Shown piece by piece: positions 1 through 12,834 of a stretch of DNA of 64,000 nt. The notes under the pieces are model-generated. The model ran no database searches. It had not been told where the DNA came from and worked only from the letters and a program-made list of their open reading frames with translations. The position numbers were made by a program, and so were the translations under genes. The DNA comes from Azolla caroliniana (taxonomy: Eukaryota > Plantae > Polypodiophyta), in assembly GCA_043228905.1 (NCBI GenBank), contig JBHGNT010000007.1, positions 12,586,001 through 12,650,000 on the forward strand, written 5' to 3'. The stretch's first letter is position 1. Each line of letters begins with the position of its first letter.

Positions 1-55
1 AAGTCTTAGAAACGCGGCGCTTCTTGGAAATGAGGAGGACTGAGGAGGAAGAGAC

Positions 56-360
56 GTACACATATGTATGTATGTATGTATAGCGATGATGAGTTTAGTC
101 ATCAATGATGGGATGGCTTCTGCTTCCTATCTGTGAATCAATCGATCTACATACATACATACGTCTTATGTGTGTCAGCACCACATACATATATTATAAG
201 TCTATGAGATATGTACATACGCAAGCAAGCACGGATGGTGGCCATGGTTGCTTTTTGTTGTCATCTGTGAATGACCTACCTACCTAGCAAGCAAGTAGCC
301 TATATATACATATACATACATATACAATATATACATACATATACAATAGAGAGAGAGAGA
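56..360. repeat. Microsatellite cluster (TATG/TACA/TA/GA)
   Basis: Runs such as tatgtatgtatg, atacatacatac, tatatatacatatac and (GA)n ending at 360 are directly visible. Confidence 0.85.
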
Positions 361-1314
361 GGGGTCCAGATTTCACAAAGGTCACTCGTTCTTGCCAGTT
401 ACGTGTGTTGTTAGTTAGTTTAGAATGTACATATCATTGTCCCTCTCAAAACTTGTAACAAAATATTCTTTTCATTTCTTATTTCCAAAAAAAAACCTTT
501 CTTTCCATTAGTTATAAAATTTTACATACAAGAATTCTATATACAAATCCCTATAGGGACATGATAGTTCCATCTAATGTGGATGTCCACTGACTCAAGA
601 AAGGGAGAGAGGACGACCATTGTTGTATGAAGGCTAGTCACTGTCTTTCAAGCCCATCGGATCCGCCCATGAGGTCGTCGTATTGGCTCTTTAGAGTGGC
701 TACAAGTTACAACTTCACTCGACTTTGTATCTCTTTAGAGTAACAAAATATTCTAGCTCTAAATATGACATTGGTGGCTTCATTTATCATCTCTCCCTAT
801 GACATATCTTATCTAATTTTTTATTTCCATTTGTCATTCAACTTATAGGAAGATATTCTTCATTTGATTGGTTGTGTGTGCACGTTAATAATAAAGATCT
901 TCAATAGAATTTGGAAATCCTTTACAGCTCAAATGCTCTTCAATTGTTATACGACCACTTGGCAACAAATTATTGTCTTCTTTTTTGCCATGTAAAGGAA
1001 GTTCTACAATTCACATTCATATTCTTCGGTCATCATTTTTATCCCCGATCATCATTTTGCCTAATTCAAAGAAACACATTTCAACTTCAAGCATGATTTC
1101 CGCTCAGACACTTTAATGGTGTGGTTCACCTTGATATAAAACTCCAATGACATTAAGTTACCACTAATAAGACATCAAACCATGACAGTAAAGTTAGAAA
1201 TAGGTTGTTATATAATGCCAAGTGCTAGATAATTAAATCGTATTACACGTAGTGTTTTGCTTGATGGAGTATGCTGTCCAAAACATTTTTTTGATGTCTA
1301 AAGGGTGTGAAGAC

Positions 1315-1316
<2 letters not shown>

Positions 1317-1354
<38 letters not shown>
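1317..1354. repeat. (TG)n microsatellite, about 19 units
   Basis: Perfect TG run. Confidence 0.95.
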
Positions 1355-1357
<3 letters not shown>

Positions 1358-2278
1358 CTCTAATTTCTTAATCTTTTGCTAATAATGGTTTACCTTTTAC
1401 TATTATGAGTGTGTGCATTTACCTCCATACTCCTTTATTGATGTTCTCAAATTTATACATAATTTAGATCAATTATATTATCTTCTCAAGGTGATGGCAC
1501 ATTGCACAACGGGTGACCAATATAACGAATAGCCTTAATTTTCTAAAATGAGAGCACATGTTTTCAACCAATAAACATTTCAAAATTATAGCATAAAATA
1601 ATGTGTGTTTATATGAAACTAAATAGTATGTTTAACCTCTATTTTGATGCCTTATTAATTATGTTCCAAGATGTATGATCCCATGGGTTAATTCATTTAG
1701 TGAGTAAGTGGCAAGCAAGTTTATTATAATTTTCGAGGCAAGCTTATTAAGTTAGGATGAAATCTTTCTTCCATCAAACAAAGCATATACGTAGGACCTA
1801 TAGGAATTGATTACCAACGCATCAAATACTTTCTCCAGTGCTTAAGCATGATCACATGAAACCACGAAGATATAATCTCATCAACATGAACAAATATATA
1901 TATACTACAATCGCTTGAAGTGCATTGATAACCTTAGTTTATTCAAGAGCATATAGGCTAACTAAACTCTAACAACTGACTTTAGAAAATGCATTAAAGA
2001 ACTCTAGACAATGATCATTTCCTTTTCTATAGAGACTAAATAACCAACCCTAAATAATGAAATCTAGATAATGCATTAACTCATCCATCATTCACTAGAT
2101 TAACCACAACCTAGAGGTCAATTGTTTGTCTCTCTTTATGGAAGCGAGTGTCTTCTTATGTCCATGCCGGCCTCAACCTTGTGCCTTGTGGTTGTTATCT
2201 AGGATAACGTGTTGTACTTGCAACATTTCATTAAGTGAGGGTTGGACAAATTATTGTCACATTCAGAATATTATGGGT

Positions 2279-2695
2279 TGTTGTCACCGGGGTAGACAAG
2301 CCGCTAACACAGGGTGTCCCTTTAGAACATTTCACCAAAGGGGTGGTACGGTAAGGAATGTGCAGACCGTGATACAAGACCGATCCTTCCCCAATCACTA
2401 TCCAGAATGATTAACTTGATACACGCATATGATAATCACATTAAGCACAGAACGGTATTAACAAGATACACAATACGTAAAGACACAACACCTCTCTATT
2501 AATTATCCGTCTCCAATCACATCATCTTCGGATCCTTTTATAGGTATCCGGTTGTGCTACAAACCGGTGCCAACCACCAACCGGCTACGGACCATTCCAG
2601 ATCTGGATCAGCATACCGATTCCGGGTCCGTCAGTCCGATCTTATAATTATCATAATTTATCTAATTACAACTCCCAAAACCGACTCCCCTTTCA
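2279..2695 (-). repeat. Family A 3' LTR (inner/U3 end deleted)
   Basis: Shared motifs ctaacacagggtgtcc, tcaccaaagg and tattaattatccg, and a minus-strand TATA (CCTATAAAAGG) near 2535-2545. The ...ggtaaca end and TGGCAC motif seen in other copies are missing. Confidence 0.8.
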
Positions 2696-2729
2696 TACAT
2701 TGTACATCGAACCCATGGTTAGCCCCTTT

Positions 2730-5453
2730 ATTCATCCTCCAAAATGTCTAGAATTCTTTGGTTCAAGGGCTCCAACGGTTCCTTGGGTAGTTGCTCCATC
2801 AACTGCTGTTGTTGCTCCTCCGGTTGTTGTTGTTGTTGGTCTTCGGCCTGCTCTCCGGTCTACACTTCCTCTCCGGCTCTATCCATATCCGGCTCTACTG
2901 GTCTCGGTGCTTTTGGCTCCAGCTCCTCCATCCTTGGCTCCTGCTGCTGCTCTATTTTGGCTTTGTTTGGCTGGCCTCCTCCGGTCCCGGCTACATTCGG
3001 TGGCTACTCTGGAGATTGCTCTCCATCACTGATGTTAATTGTCGCCAACATTTGCGATGTTATCTGCTGTCTTCGCTCCCGTTCGTATCGCTCAAGCTGG
3101 AGTTGAGTGCCAAGCTGGTCATCATCTAGCTATTCTACCATCCGCCTTACAACCACCAATTGTTCCCCTACCAGGGACAAGAAATCGTCCGACAACTCCT
3201 CCCGGATGGTTATAATACTCTCCGCATCCATCTTGTAGAAGTTGTCACCGTCCTTTCTTTGGTTTTCTGCATCCACTCGCAGCGTCTGTAATTCCGCTAT
3301 CTATTGTGCCCATTTTGACCACCATGGCACTGAGCTTTCCCCAATCACACTCTTTGTTTGTTCTTTCCATGCCAGCACAATGGCGCGGATCCGGCTGAGC
3401 CCCATCTTGGATTTGTCCTCTGCAGCCTGCTTTTCCTCCTTTAACTTCGTTATCAAGCCCATAGTTGCCTGTGCCTACACCTTATATTCCAGGAATTGAG
3501 TTTGATAAGTGGTCTGAACTCTATTCAACGCAATCTTTGCTCGTTCCATCTCCTCATAATGCTGCCGGTTGAGCTCCATCCGGTCCCTTGCTGCTTCTTC
3601 TAATGCCTTTGCCATGTCGACCGCCTTGGTCCATTCTTTCGCTAATGCCTCCGTCGCCCTGTTGACTTCCTTCTGGAGTTCTCCTAGGTTCTCCTTCTGT
3701 CGATCACCTTCTGCCATCAACTTCTTGTGCTCCGCATCCAAATACTTGTGATCCCGATGCAGTCGTTCAAAATCCTCAGTCTTCTGCTTCAGCTTTTGGT
3801 TTATTTGGTGTCGGGTGTGGTCTTCTCGATCTTTCTACTGTTAGAGTTCTTCTTTGAGCTACTCGATTTCGGTTTCCACCGATCGCCAGAGCTTATCCTT
3901 CTCTTGTAGCAGCTTCACTCCTTTTCTTCCTTCAACCGGTCATTTAATTGGCAGCTTTTCTGGAGATTTTCTTCAAGTCTTTGTTTCTCCTCCTCCGCTG
4001 CCTTCTTTTATTCTCGTTCTCTAGCCCTCAAGGCCTCTTGGGCTTCTAACTCTTCCCTGAGAGTGGAGAGTTCTTGCTCCCGTGTAATGCTTGTGTCCGG
4101 TGTTGTAGGAGCTACCAACGTGTTATCTGTCTGCTCAGTCACCGGCGCCATTGGTTCTGGTCCTGTCGGCCCTTGACTGACCTGTCTGGCCGTGTCAGCT
4201 TTGGCCTTCTCAATTTCTTCCTCCATGCTCCGGATCCTTGACCGAGCCTTCTCGAGTTCTTCGGTTGTGGCGAACAATCGATCTTGTTGTGCTCTCTCTT
4301 TTGCTTCAATTTGGCTTACAACCCCGGCCACCTGCTCTCCGATCCATCGCAGCCATCGATTGCCGATGCATTGTTGCCTTGCCGGTTGCGGTTGCGGTGT
4401 TGGCTCTCCTCTCGCCACAACCCCTGGTTAGATTGTTGTTTCTAGCGGCAACTCCTTTTCTTGTTGTTCTTGTCAACCTGCTGAGATTGGTACTTCCCTC
4501 GCCGTTACTGGCCGATTAGGCTCCGTTTCCTATGTTGGCTCCGGTTCCTCAGAGCGGGGTGTTGGTGTGTTGTCTTTTACCGGTCCCGATTTGTCCCCCT
4601 TCTGCTCGGCGTCACTTCTCTTCCGACGACATAAGGGAGTGTCAGCGGGTTCTTCCTCCGCCTCCTCCTCTTGGGTTCTCATGTTTATCCCTTGAGCCAA
4701 GTCAGGCGGTTCTTGCTCTTGCCGACACAATTTGATTTTAAGAGGCCTAACCGGTTGCTCTACGGGTGCCTCTGTTTTCGCCTGCCTCTTCTTACTAGGC
4801 TGCTCCTTCCCTTTCTGTGATGAACGTCCCTCTGTCCAACCGGGTGTGTGCTTGGCAAGGAGTTGTTGCCGCTTCGATGGCTTGTTTGGCGTTGTATCGG
4901 CCATTCGGCTCCATGTCTTTGCCTTTAATGTCAGCACCGGCGGTACCAAGAGAGTGAGCCATTGAGCCACTGTTGTCCACACCTTCTTGCTGTCTACCAC
5001 CGATTGTATGGCCACTCGCAAACAATCAGTGATGATTATGGGCCAATCCACCTTTACCCCTTCGTATGTGGCGATGATGAATCCGGCTTTGTTCTTTGGC
5101 ATTGTCAGGGGTCGGGGGTGCACAAACCCATACTCGTGGAGCACACGAGCTACTTCTCGGAACAAGGCATCGTCGCCGCCCTGTGTCCGGTATGCTTTGC
5201 TGGCCAAGGAATACTCCCCGAAGAACTTCGTCAACGTCTCTGGGGAAGGATTCTCAATGGAGTAGATCCCTCCCTCTGGCAATTCGATTAAGGCGCGAAT
5301 GGCCTCCTCCGTGATTACTTCTAGGTCAATGTTCTTCGCGACCTTTTCTACTTCTTTGTGAAGAGGTGCCTCTGCTATCCGTAGGAAGCCCTCCAAGCCA
5401 TGTTGCGTGAACCATTTCTTGGCCGTCTCGGAAAGCGCCATGGGTTCCATCAT
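2730..5453 (-). pseudogene. Family A extra ORF (ORF3), degenerate
   Basis: ORFs 4530-5453, 4008-4418 and 3475-3741 align with 27352-30133 (KKWFTQHGLEGFL, TYEGVKVDWP, WLRWIGEQVAG, LNRVQTTYQ). Confidence 0.85.
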
Positions 5454-5616
5454 GTCCTCTATTTTGGTGGTGGTGGAGAGCTTTGGTGTTCCTAAGGTAG
5501 CTTCTGGCGTTCACCTAATCACTTGTATCCGCCTCTGTGTGCTAAGTGCTCTGTGTTCGCGAAATGGGAGAGACTCTATGATGCGAAGGTTTTGTGTTCC
5601 CATTCTTGCCGCTTGT

Positions 5617-8484
5617 GGCGAAGACCGGAAGGGAACGACAGCAATCGCGGCAAGTGCAGAAGAGTTGATGCTCATCATCGAGGAGAGTGAGATAAACCTT
5701 GCCGGCGACGAGATGACCTGGGTGGTCGACTCCGGAGCGTCGTTCCACCTTACCCCGGACCGAAAATGCTTCTCATCCTACTCAGCCGGTGATCATGGCT
5801 GTGTCCGGATGGGGAATGAAGGTACATGCCGAATTGTCGGCATAGGAGACGTGTGGTTGACAACCCCAACCGGATGCAAGCTGCTATTGAAGGATGTCCG
5901 ACACGTTCCGGAGGTTCGTCTGAACTTGATATCAGCCGGTCAGCTAGATGATGAAGGCTACACGGGTAGCATCCGGAATGGTGTTATGAAGTTCAGCAAA
6001 GGGAGCCTGATTGTGGCTCGGGCCCGGAAGGTCAACACGTTGTACCTGATGAATGCCCGGAAGAAGTGAACGTGGCATCCGACACTGCCGGTGAGCTGTG
6101 GCACAAGAGACTGTGCCACATGAGCGAGAAGGGGATGAAGAGGCTTGCAGATGACAACCTCATTCCAGTGAAGAACGTGCACTTGGAGAAGTGCACTGAT
6201 TGTCTGGCCGGTAAACAAAACCAGACCTCCTTCCGATCGAGGCCACCGATGAGATGTAATGCACCACTGGAGTTGGTGCATACTGATGTATGTCAAGTGG
6301 ATACGAAGTAACATTCCAGATCGCAGCACTTCGTGACGTTCATAGATGACCACAGCCGGAAGCTGTGGGCCACACCGTTGAAGACGAAGGATCATGTGCT
6401 ACCCGTCTTCAAAGAGATCCACGCGAGAGTGGAAAGAGAAACCGGCCGGAAGTTGAAGGCCGTTCGAGCAGATAACGGAGGTGAATACCAGGGGCAGTTC
6501 GAGGAGTACTGTCGCTCGAAGGGAATCCGGCTCGAATTTACCGTGCCGAAGACGCCGGAACTAAACGGGCTGGCCGAGAGGATGAACCGAACCATAATGG
6601 AGAGGGTCCGAAGTATGTTGGTGCATGCAAAACTACCCAAGAAGTTTTGGGTTGAGGCACTGTCGACGGCGACATATGTGATAAACAGATCACCCTCAGT
6701 ACCCTTGGACGGAGACACACCACAGAGAGTCTGGACCAGTAAGGAAGTGTCCTACTGGCATTTGAAGGTATTCGGGTGTCTTGCGTATGTGCATGTAGCT
6801 AAGGACCAGAGAGGAAAACTAGATCCGAAGACCCGGCCATGCATATTCCTCGGTTACGGCGACGATGAGTTCGGCTACCGAGTGTGGGACCTGGTCGACA
6901 AGAAGGTATTCCGGAGTCGAGATATTATCTTCATGGAGGACAAGACGCTCGCCGAATGGGAGTCGGAGAAGAAGATAATGAACTCCGAGTCGACCGATAA
7001 GGATCGAATCTATGATGAGCAAACCCAACCGGCAAGAGACCGGTTAGCACTCGAGGAACTAGCCGGTTACGGTGAGGATACCAAACCGGTAGAAGAAGAA
7101 GTAGAGGAAGCTAAAACCGGAACCGACCAAGAACCCGAATCGGATTCAGATGAAGAGCAAATGGAGGAGCCGGTTACGGAAGCCCAAAGACGGAGATATC
7201 CTCTCAGAGGTAGAGCAAGCATGGACCTCGAGGTAGAGTAGCTGGACATGAAGATGGCATTCCTTCACGGCGACCTCGAAGAGGAGATCTACATGCAGCA
7301 ACCGGAAGGATTCATGGAGAAAGGGAAGGAGCACCTGGTATGCCAGTTGAAGAAGAGCCTGTACGGACTGAAGCAGGCTCCCCGACAATGGTACCAGAAG
7401 TTCGACTCCTTCATGACAGATCAAGGGTACCACAAGACGCAGGCCGATCACTGCGTGTTTGTGAAGAAGTTCGAAGGAGGCGACTTCCTGATACTCCTTC
7501 TGTACGTGAACGACATGTTGATTGTCGGATGGGACCAAGCTAAAATACGGATGCTAAAGAAGGCTCTCAACTGAACCTTCGCAATGAAAGACTTGGGTCC
7601 GGCAAGACAGATGCTGGGGATGCATATCATCCGGAACCGGCCAGTGAAGCAACTGTGGCTGTCACAGGAGAAATATGTGACAAAGGTGCTTCAGCGGTTC
7701 AACATGTCAGATACGAAACCGGTCGGATCGACACTTCCGGAAAACTGCAGGTTATCCGGTAAGCAAAGCCTGAAGACGAAAGCAGAGAAGGCGGATATGA
7801 TGAAGGTTCCATATGCCTCTGCCGTCGGGAGCTTAATGTACGCAATGGTTTGTACCTGACCGGATATAGGATACGCAGTCGGAATGGTGAGCCGGTTTAT
7901 GAGCAATCCCGGCAAGGAGCACTGGAATGTGGTCAAATGGATACTCCGGTACTTGAAGGGCACTTCGAACATGTGTCTCCGATTCGGCTCCGGTAAACCT
8001 CAACTTGACGGTTTCACCGATTCAGACATGTTGGCGGATGTGGATACCAGCCAGCCGGTCTACATCCGGGTATGTAATGACATATGCAGGGGGAGTTGTT
8101 TCGTGGCAGTCGAGGTTGCAGAAGACGGTTGCGTTATCAATCACGGAAGCGGAGTACATGGTGGCTGTGGAAGCCAGCAAGGAAATACTATGGATGAAGG
8201 ACTTCATCGGAGAGCTCGGTATCCGGCAAGATGAATACCGGCTCTATTGCGACAGTCAAAGTGCCATCCACCTTGCTAAGAATGTGGCCTACCATTCCCG
8301 GATGAAGCATATTCAACGAAGGTATCACTAGATCCGGGAAAGAGTAGATGACCAGGAGTTCGCGTTGACGAAGATCCACACGGCTGAGAACGGGTCAGAT
8401 ATGCTGACCAAAGTACTGATACCCGACAAGCTGGATGCGTGCCGGAAGCGAGTCGGACTAGTAAGACATCCCATGCCGGAGTGA
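5617..8484 (+). pseudogene. Copia T1 pol (PR-INT-RT-RH) with stops, frameshifts and a deletion
   Basis: ORF fragments 6066-6311, 6333-7241, 7248-7574, 7584-7859, 7884-8234 and 8005-8331 are collinear with the intact 1357-aa ORF. Confidence 0.9.
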
Positions 8485-8532
8485 AGGGGGAGTTTGTTAG
8501 GAAATAGGTCCTTCCGGATGGGAAGTGAGAAG

Positions 8533-8885
8533 TGTCACGGATCATAAACTCAAGAGACAAGCAAGAAGATAACCAAATGGACAAGAAAGAAGATAGTATT
8601 AAAGGAAAGAATCCATAACTGGTGTTGTTCACCTTGAATTCCTTCAAGGTGAACTCCTCTATTTATACTACATGGCATGCATACTTGTTGCACGCATGTG
8701 AATCTACAATAGAGCATGTAGGTATGCATGCATGTGCCAAGTGTAAATACTACAAGGGAGCAACTATGCACATGATGCTAGCAAAATAATAAGGACCAAT
8801 TACATACATAACTAGTACTAGATATCTTGGTTAACTCATAATACTAGATTATAACATGATCATGTCAAGAGTTCGAATCTTGACA
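8533..8885 (-). repeat. Chromovirus 3' LTR (353 bp)
   Basis: Near-identical to 12502-12834 except a 20-bp indel between gcatgt direct repeats and a few substitutions. Confidence 0.95.
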
Positions 8886-11800
8886 TTATCCCTCCTCTTA
8901 CGCCGCCTTCCCAAATCAGCCGCTGGTTTGTGGGGATATCGGTGATGAAAATCTTGGACGACCTCTGGGGCATTTTGTAAATTTGCCGATGGTTCCCATG
9001 TGGCCTCAGACATGGGGTAACCCCTCCATAGGACGAGGTATTGCAAGTGTCGACGGTGCCAACGCGAGTCAAGGATTTGGTCAACCTCGTATTCCTCCCC
9101 TGTCGTCAATTGCACAACTGGTGGTGGTGGGGCGAGACGTCCTGGGAGTTGTGAAGCATAATGGGGTTCGAGGAGGGAGACATGAAAAACATCGTGAATC
9201 CGGAAGTGGGATGGAAGGGCGAGCCGGAAGGCGACGGGATTGATGCACTCGATGATACGGAATGGTCCCAACTTCTTGTAATCAAGTTTCGCACATGGAC
9301 GAGTAGTAGAGATGTGTCGACGTAACAACCAAACCCTGTCTCCAACGACAAAGTGTGGAGTGGAAGATCGATGGCGATCAGCCTACTTCTTGTATCATTC
9401 ACTAGCAAGACTAAGCTCCAAGGATAAATCATGATGTAGTTCTTCCAAAATGTGGGCGCGATCCTTCGCCGAAGGGTTCACGGAAGTGGTAGGAAGGGAA
9501 ATGTTGAAGCGAGGATGTAAACCGTAGTTGGCAAAGAAGGGAGTGACGCCGGTCGATGCATGGAGAGAATTATTGTAGGCGAATTCCGCAAGCGAAAGTA
9601 AGTTGACCCAATCATCTTGTTGGTAACTAACCGAGCACCGAAGATACTGCTCAAGGATTTGGTTGACACGCTCCGTTTGCCTGTCAGTTTGGGGGTGATA
9701 AGCGAAGGAAAACTTGACAGAGATGCCTAAAGTTTGTAGCAGGCGCTGCCAGAAGTGAGAGACAAACTGGGGTCCGCGATCCGAGATGACATCATCGGGG
9801 AGTCCATGCAAGCGTACCACATTGTTGAGTAGGAGATGCACCATTCCTTCTCTGGAAATGGTTTTGGAGCATGGAGTGAAGTGAGCCATCTTCGTAAACC
9901 GATCGACAACGACCAACACCGAGTCATAGCTATTGACCAAGGGTAGATCAGTTATTAGGTCCATAGAGATAGAGACCCAATGACGACGAGGACATGGAAG
10001 CGGCTGTAGTAAGCCGTATGGCCGATGATGAATGGCTTTGGAGCGAGCACAAACCTCACAACTCTTTATGTATTCTTTGACCAGCTTCCATGGTTGTGGC
10101 CACCAATACCCCCGAGAGATTAGCTCGAGGGTTTTCGCGACCCCGAAATGACCTACAAGTGGGTCATCGTGGCATTCCCGCAACACCTGGGTGCGACATA
10201 GGCCATTTGGGACGTATAAGAGATGATCTCAGAACAACAAACCCTCTTGTATGGTGACGGTGTCAAGATCCTTCCTTTTGGTCGCCTTGGAGGGGTTTTG
10301 CAGACTATCTCGAATCTCGTTGGCGAACGCATCGGTCTTGGATGCATCAGTGATTTGTTGGAGTAAAGAATCATCCTGCAACATACAAGTGGCAAAAAGA
10401 TGCAATTGGTCAGGTTTCAACAAACGTCTAGATTGTTGAGCATAAGCAGCATCCCCAGGGCGGAGTGCAAGGTCAGCTCGGCGAGAAAGGGCATCAGCCT
10501 TCCCATGTTGGCCACCAGGTTGAAATACGATCTCAAAATCGTAGTCGGCGAGAAATGTCGACCAACGGGCCTACCTTCGATTCAAAGTACGAGTGGTGGA
10601 AAAATAAACTAAATTTTTATGATCAGTCACTACCTGGACACGATGTTGTGCGTCGGCCAAGTAGGGTCGCCATTCTTCAAAGGCAGCAATGATAGCAGCA
10701 AGCTCCTTGTCGTAAATGGGATAATTGATTTTGGATGCCGTAAATTTTTGGGAATAGTAAGCCACTGGGTGCATTAGGTTGTTGTCGTCTGCCTGGGATA
10801 AGATGGCGCCAATGGCAAAGTCAAAGGCATCGGTTTCGACTTGGAAGGGTTTTGTGGGGTCGGCATGTAGCAGCACCGAGGCAGTGATGAATGCGTGTTT
10901 GAGTGAGTCGAACGCATTTTGTGCCTCCGAGGTCCATAAAAATGGAGTGCCTTTATGGGTGAGAGCGATAAGAGGTTGTGCTAGGGTGGAAAACCCCTTG
11001 ATGAAGCGACGGTAAAAATTCGTGAAGCCGAGGAAGGATTGCACATCTTTAAGTCGCCTTGGAGTCGCCCACGCCTGAATGACAGAGACCTTCTTCATAT
11101 CCATGGTGATGCCAGTGGGCGAGATGATGTAGCCTAGAAATTCGATCGAGGTACGGTCGAACTCGCATTTCTCGCCTTTGGCATAAAGACCATGCTCGCG
11201 AAGTTTGGCAAGAACTAATCGGACTTGGCGAGTGTGCTCCTCCATGTTTGGCGAGAAAATGAGAATATCATCGAGGTAAATGACAACAAAAAGATCAAGA
11301 TATTCCCGAAAAATATCGTTCATCATATGTTGAAAAACTGCGGGAGCGTTAGTAAGACCAAAAGGCATTACCTTGTATTCGAAATGCCCATACCGTGTTC
11401 GAAATGCGGTTTTCCATTCATCCCCCGGCTTGATGCGTACTAGATTGTACGCTCCACGCAGATCAACTTTGGAGAAGACACGCGCAACTCGGAGCTGATC
11501 AAGGAGTTCGGGGATCAGAGGTAGCGGATAGCGGTTGCTCACAGTGAGTTTGTTGAGACCTCGGTAGTCGATGCATAAGCGTAGAGAGCCATCCTTCTTC
11601 TTCACAAATAAAATGGGGGCCCCGGCTGGGGACTTAGAAGGTTGAATAAAGCCTTTCTCGAGGTTCTCATCGAGATACACACGAAGGGCCTTCAACTCTG
11701 GTGCAGACAACGCATATAGAGGACCAAAGGGTGGACACGCACCTTCTTGAAGATCAATCGGACAGTCGTAGAGCCGGTGTTCAGGCAAACGATCAGCATT

Positions 11801-12451
11801 ACATTTTTCAAATACGTTGGAGAAGTGTTGGTATTTTTCGGGAATACCGCGCCGAAAGTGATCAGCTAAAGCTTGATCATCCCAATTGACGTCGCATGCT
11901 AGTTGTCGAAATTCGGAAGCATAGAACGAAGCTGCACGTGAACCTTGTTCGAGTGCATAAATCTTGTTAAGAGCTGTACGTCGTCGGTTTGTCTCGCCAA
12001 ATGTGGCCTCTAACTCAGCGAGGAAGGCGGGAAAGTCCTCCAATAAAGGTGATGAGGTTTCTACCAATGGTGCAAACCAAGCTTGGGCCGGACTGGAGAG
12101 AAGGGTGCCCACAAGGCCGACTTGTCGAAGACCATCTCCATAACGTTGAGGTTGTAGCCGAATGATAAGTCGAACTTGGTTTATGAACCCTTGGAAACGC
12201 GACCTCGTTCCATCAAATTTTTTTGGGAGGCTAACCTTAGGCTCAAGAAACTGTGACGAAGCTAGGCTAGATGTTGGTAGAAGATCGGGCTCTAGGCTAG
12301 GTTGTTGTGGGAGACTAGGGTTCGGGGGTTGTGAGGATAGGGAGGTACCGACTTGAAGTTCTTGTAAAGAATTTCGAAGAGCTTCATTTTCAAGCTGTAG
12401 TTGTCGTAAGGCTACCATTATTTGGCCTAACTCACTAGTTGAGTCGGACAT
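8849..12451 (-). pseudogene. Chromovirus gag-pol: gag, RT, RH (10571-12451); INT (9395-10186); GPY/F and chromodomain (8849-9328); protease region deleted
   Basis: Motifs PKKFDGTR, DEWKTAFRTRYG, VIYLDD, VETDAFDFAIG, HDDPLVGHFG, ISMDLI and EEYEVDQILDSR...YLVLWRGYP..EATWEP. Gag runs straight into the pre-RT segment (DHFRRG|IPEKYQ) with no DSG/DTG protease motif. Confidence 0.9.
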
Positions 12452-12488
12452 AGCTATGGCTTATGAGAGGGAGAGCTATGAGGATGGG

Positions 12489-12499
12489 AAGGTGAACAA
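12489..12499 (-). promoter_or_regulatory. Self-priming primer-binding site (11 nt)
   Basis: Minus-strand TTGTTCACCTT lies 2 nt inside the 5' LTR end. It is complementary to AAGGTGAACAA (12594-12604, minus), 24 nt downstream of the TATA box. No TGG tRNA PBS is present. Confidence 0.8.
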
Positions 12500-12501
12500 A
12501 C

Positions 12502-12834
12502 TGTCACGGATCATAAACTCAAGAGACAAGCAAGAAGATAACCAAATGGACAAGAAAGAAGATAGTATTAAAGGAAAGACTCCATAACTGGTGTTGTTCA
12601 CCTTGAATTCCTTCAAGGTGAACTCCTCTATTTATACTACATGGCATGCATACTTGTTGCACGCATGTAGGTATGCATGCATGTGCCAAGTGTAAATACT
12701 ACAAGGGAGCAACTATGCACATGATGCTAGCAAAATAATAAGGACCAATTACATACATAACTAGTACTAGATATCTTGGTTAACTCATAATACTAGATTA
12801 TAACATGGTCGTGTCAAGAGTTCGAATCTTGACA
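12502..12834 (-). repeat. Chromovirus 5' LTR (333 bp)
   Basis: Partner of 8533-8885. Minus-strand TATAAATA at 12629-12636. Confidence 0.95.

Larger units (their letters stand above)
8533..12834 (-). mobile_element. Ty3/gypsy chromovirus (Tf1/sushi/Tcn1-like), two LTRs, internally deleted
   Basis: TG...CA LTRs at 8533-8885 and 12502-12834. 5-bp TSD AGAAG (8528-8532, 12835-12839). PPT (minus strand AAGAGGAGGGATAA) next to 8885. Encodes gag, RT (YLDD), RH, INT and a C-terminal chromodomain. Confidence 0.95.

Noticed and set aside
1-2278. Possible host gene or promoter at the window start
   Set aside because: Only short ORFs, microsatellites and AT-rich sequence. No recognisable coding or splice structure.
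5407-6069. 220-aa plus-strand ORF containing a protease motif
   Set aside because: Chimera across a deletion junction at about 5617: antisense family A sequence fused to copia protease.
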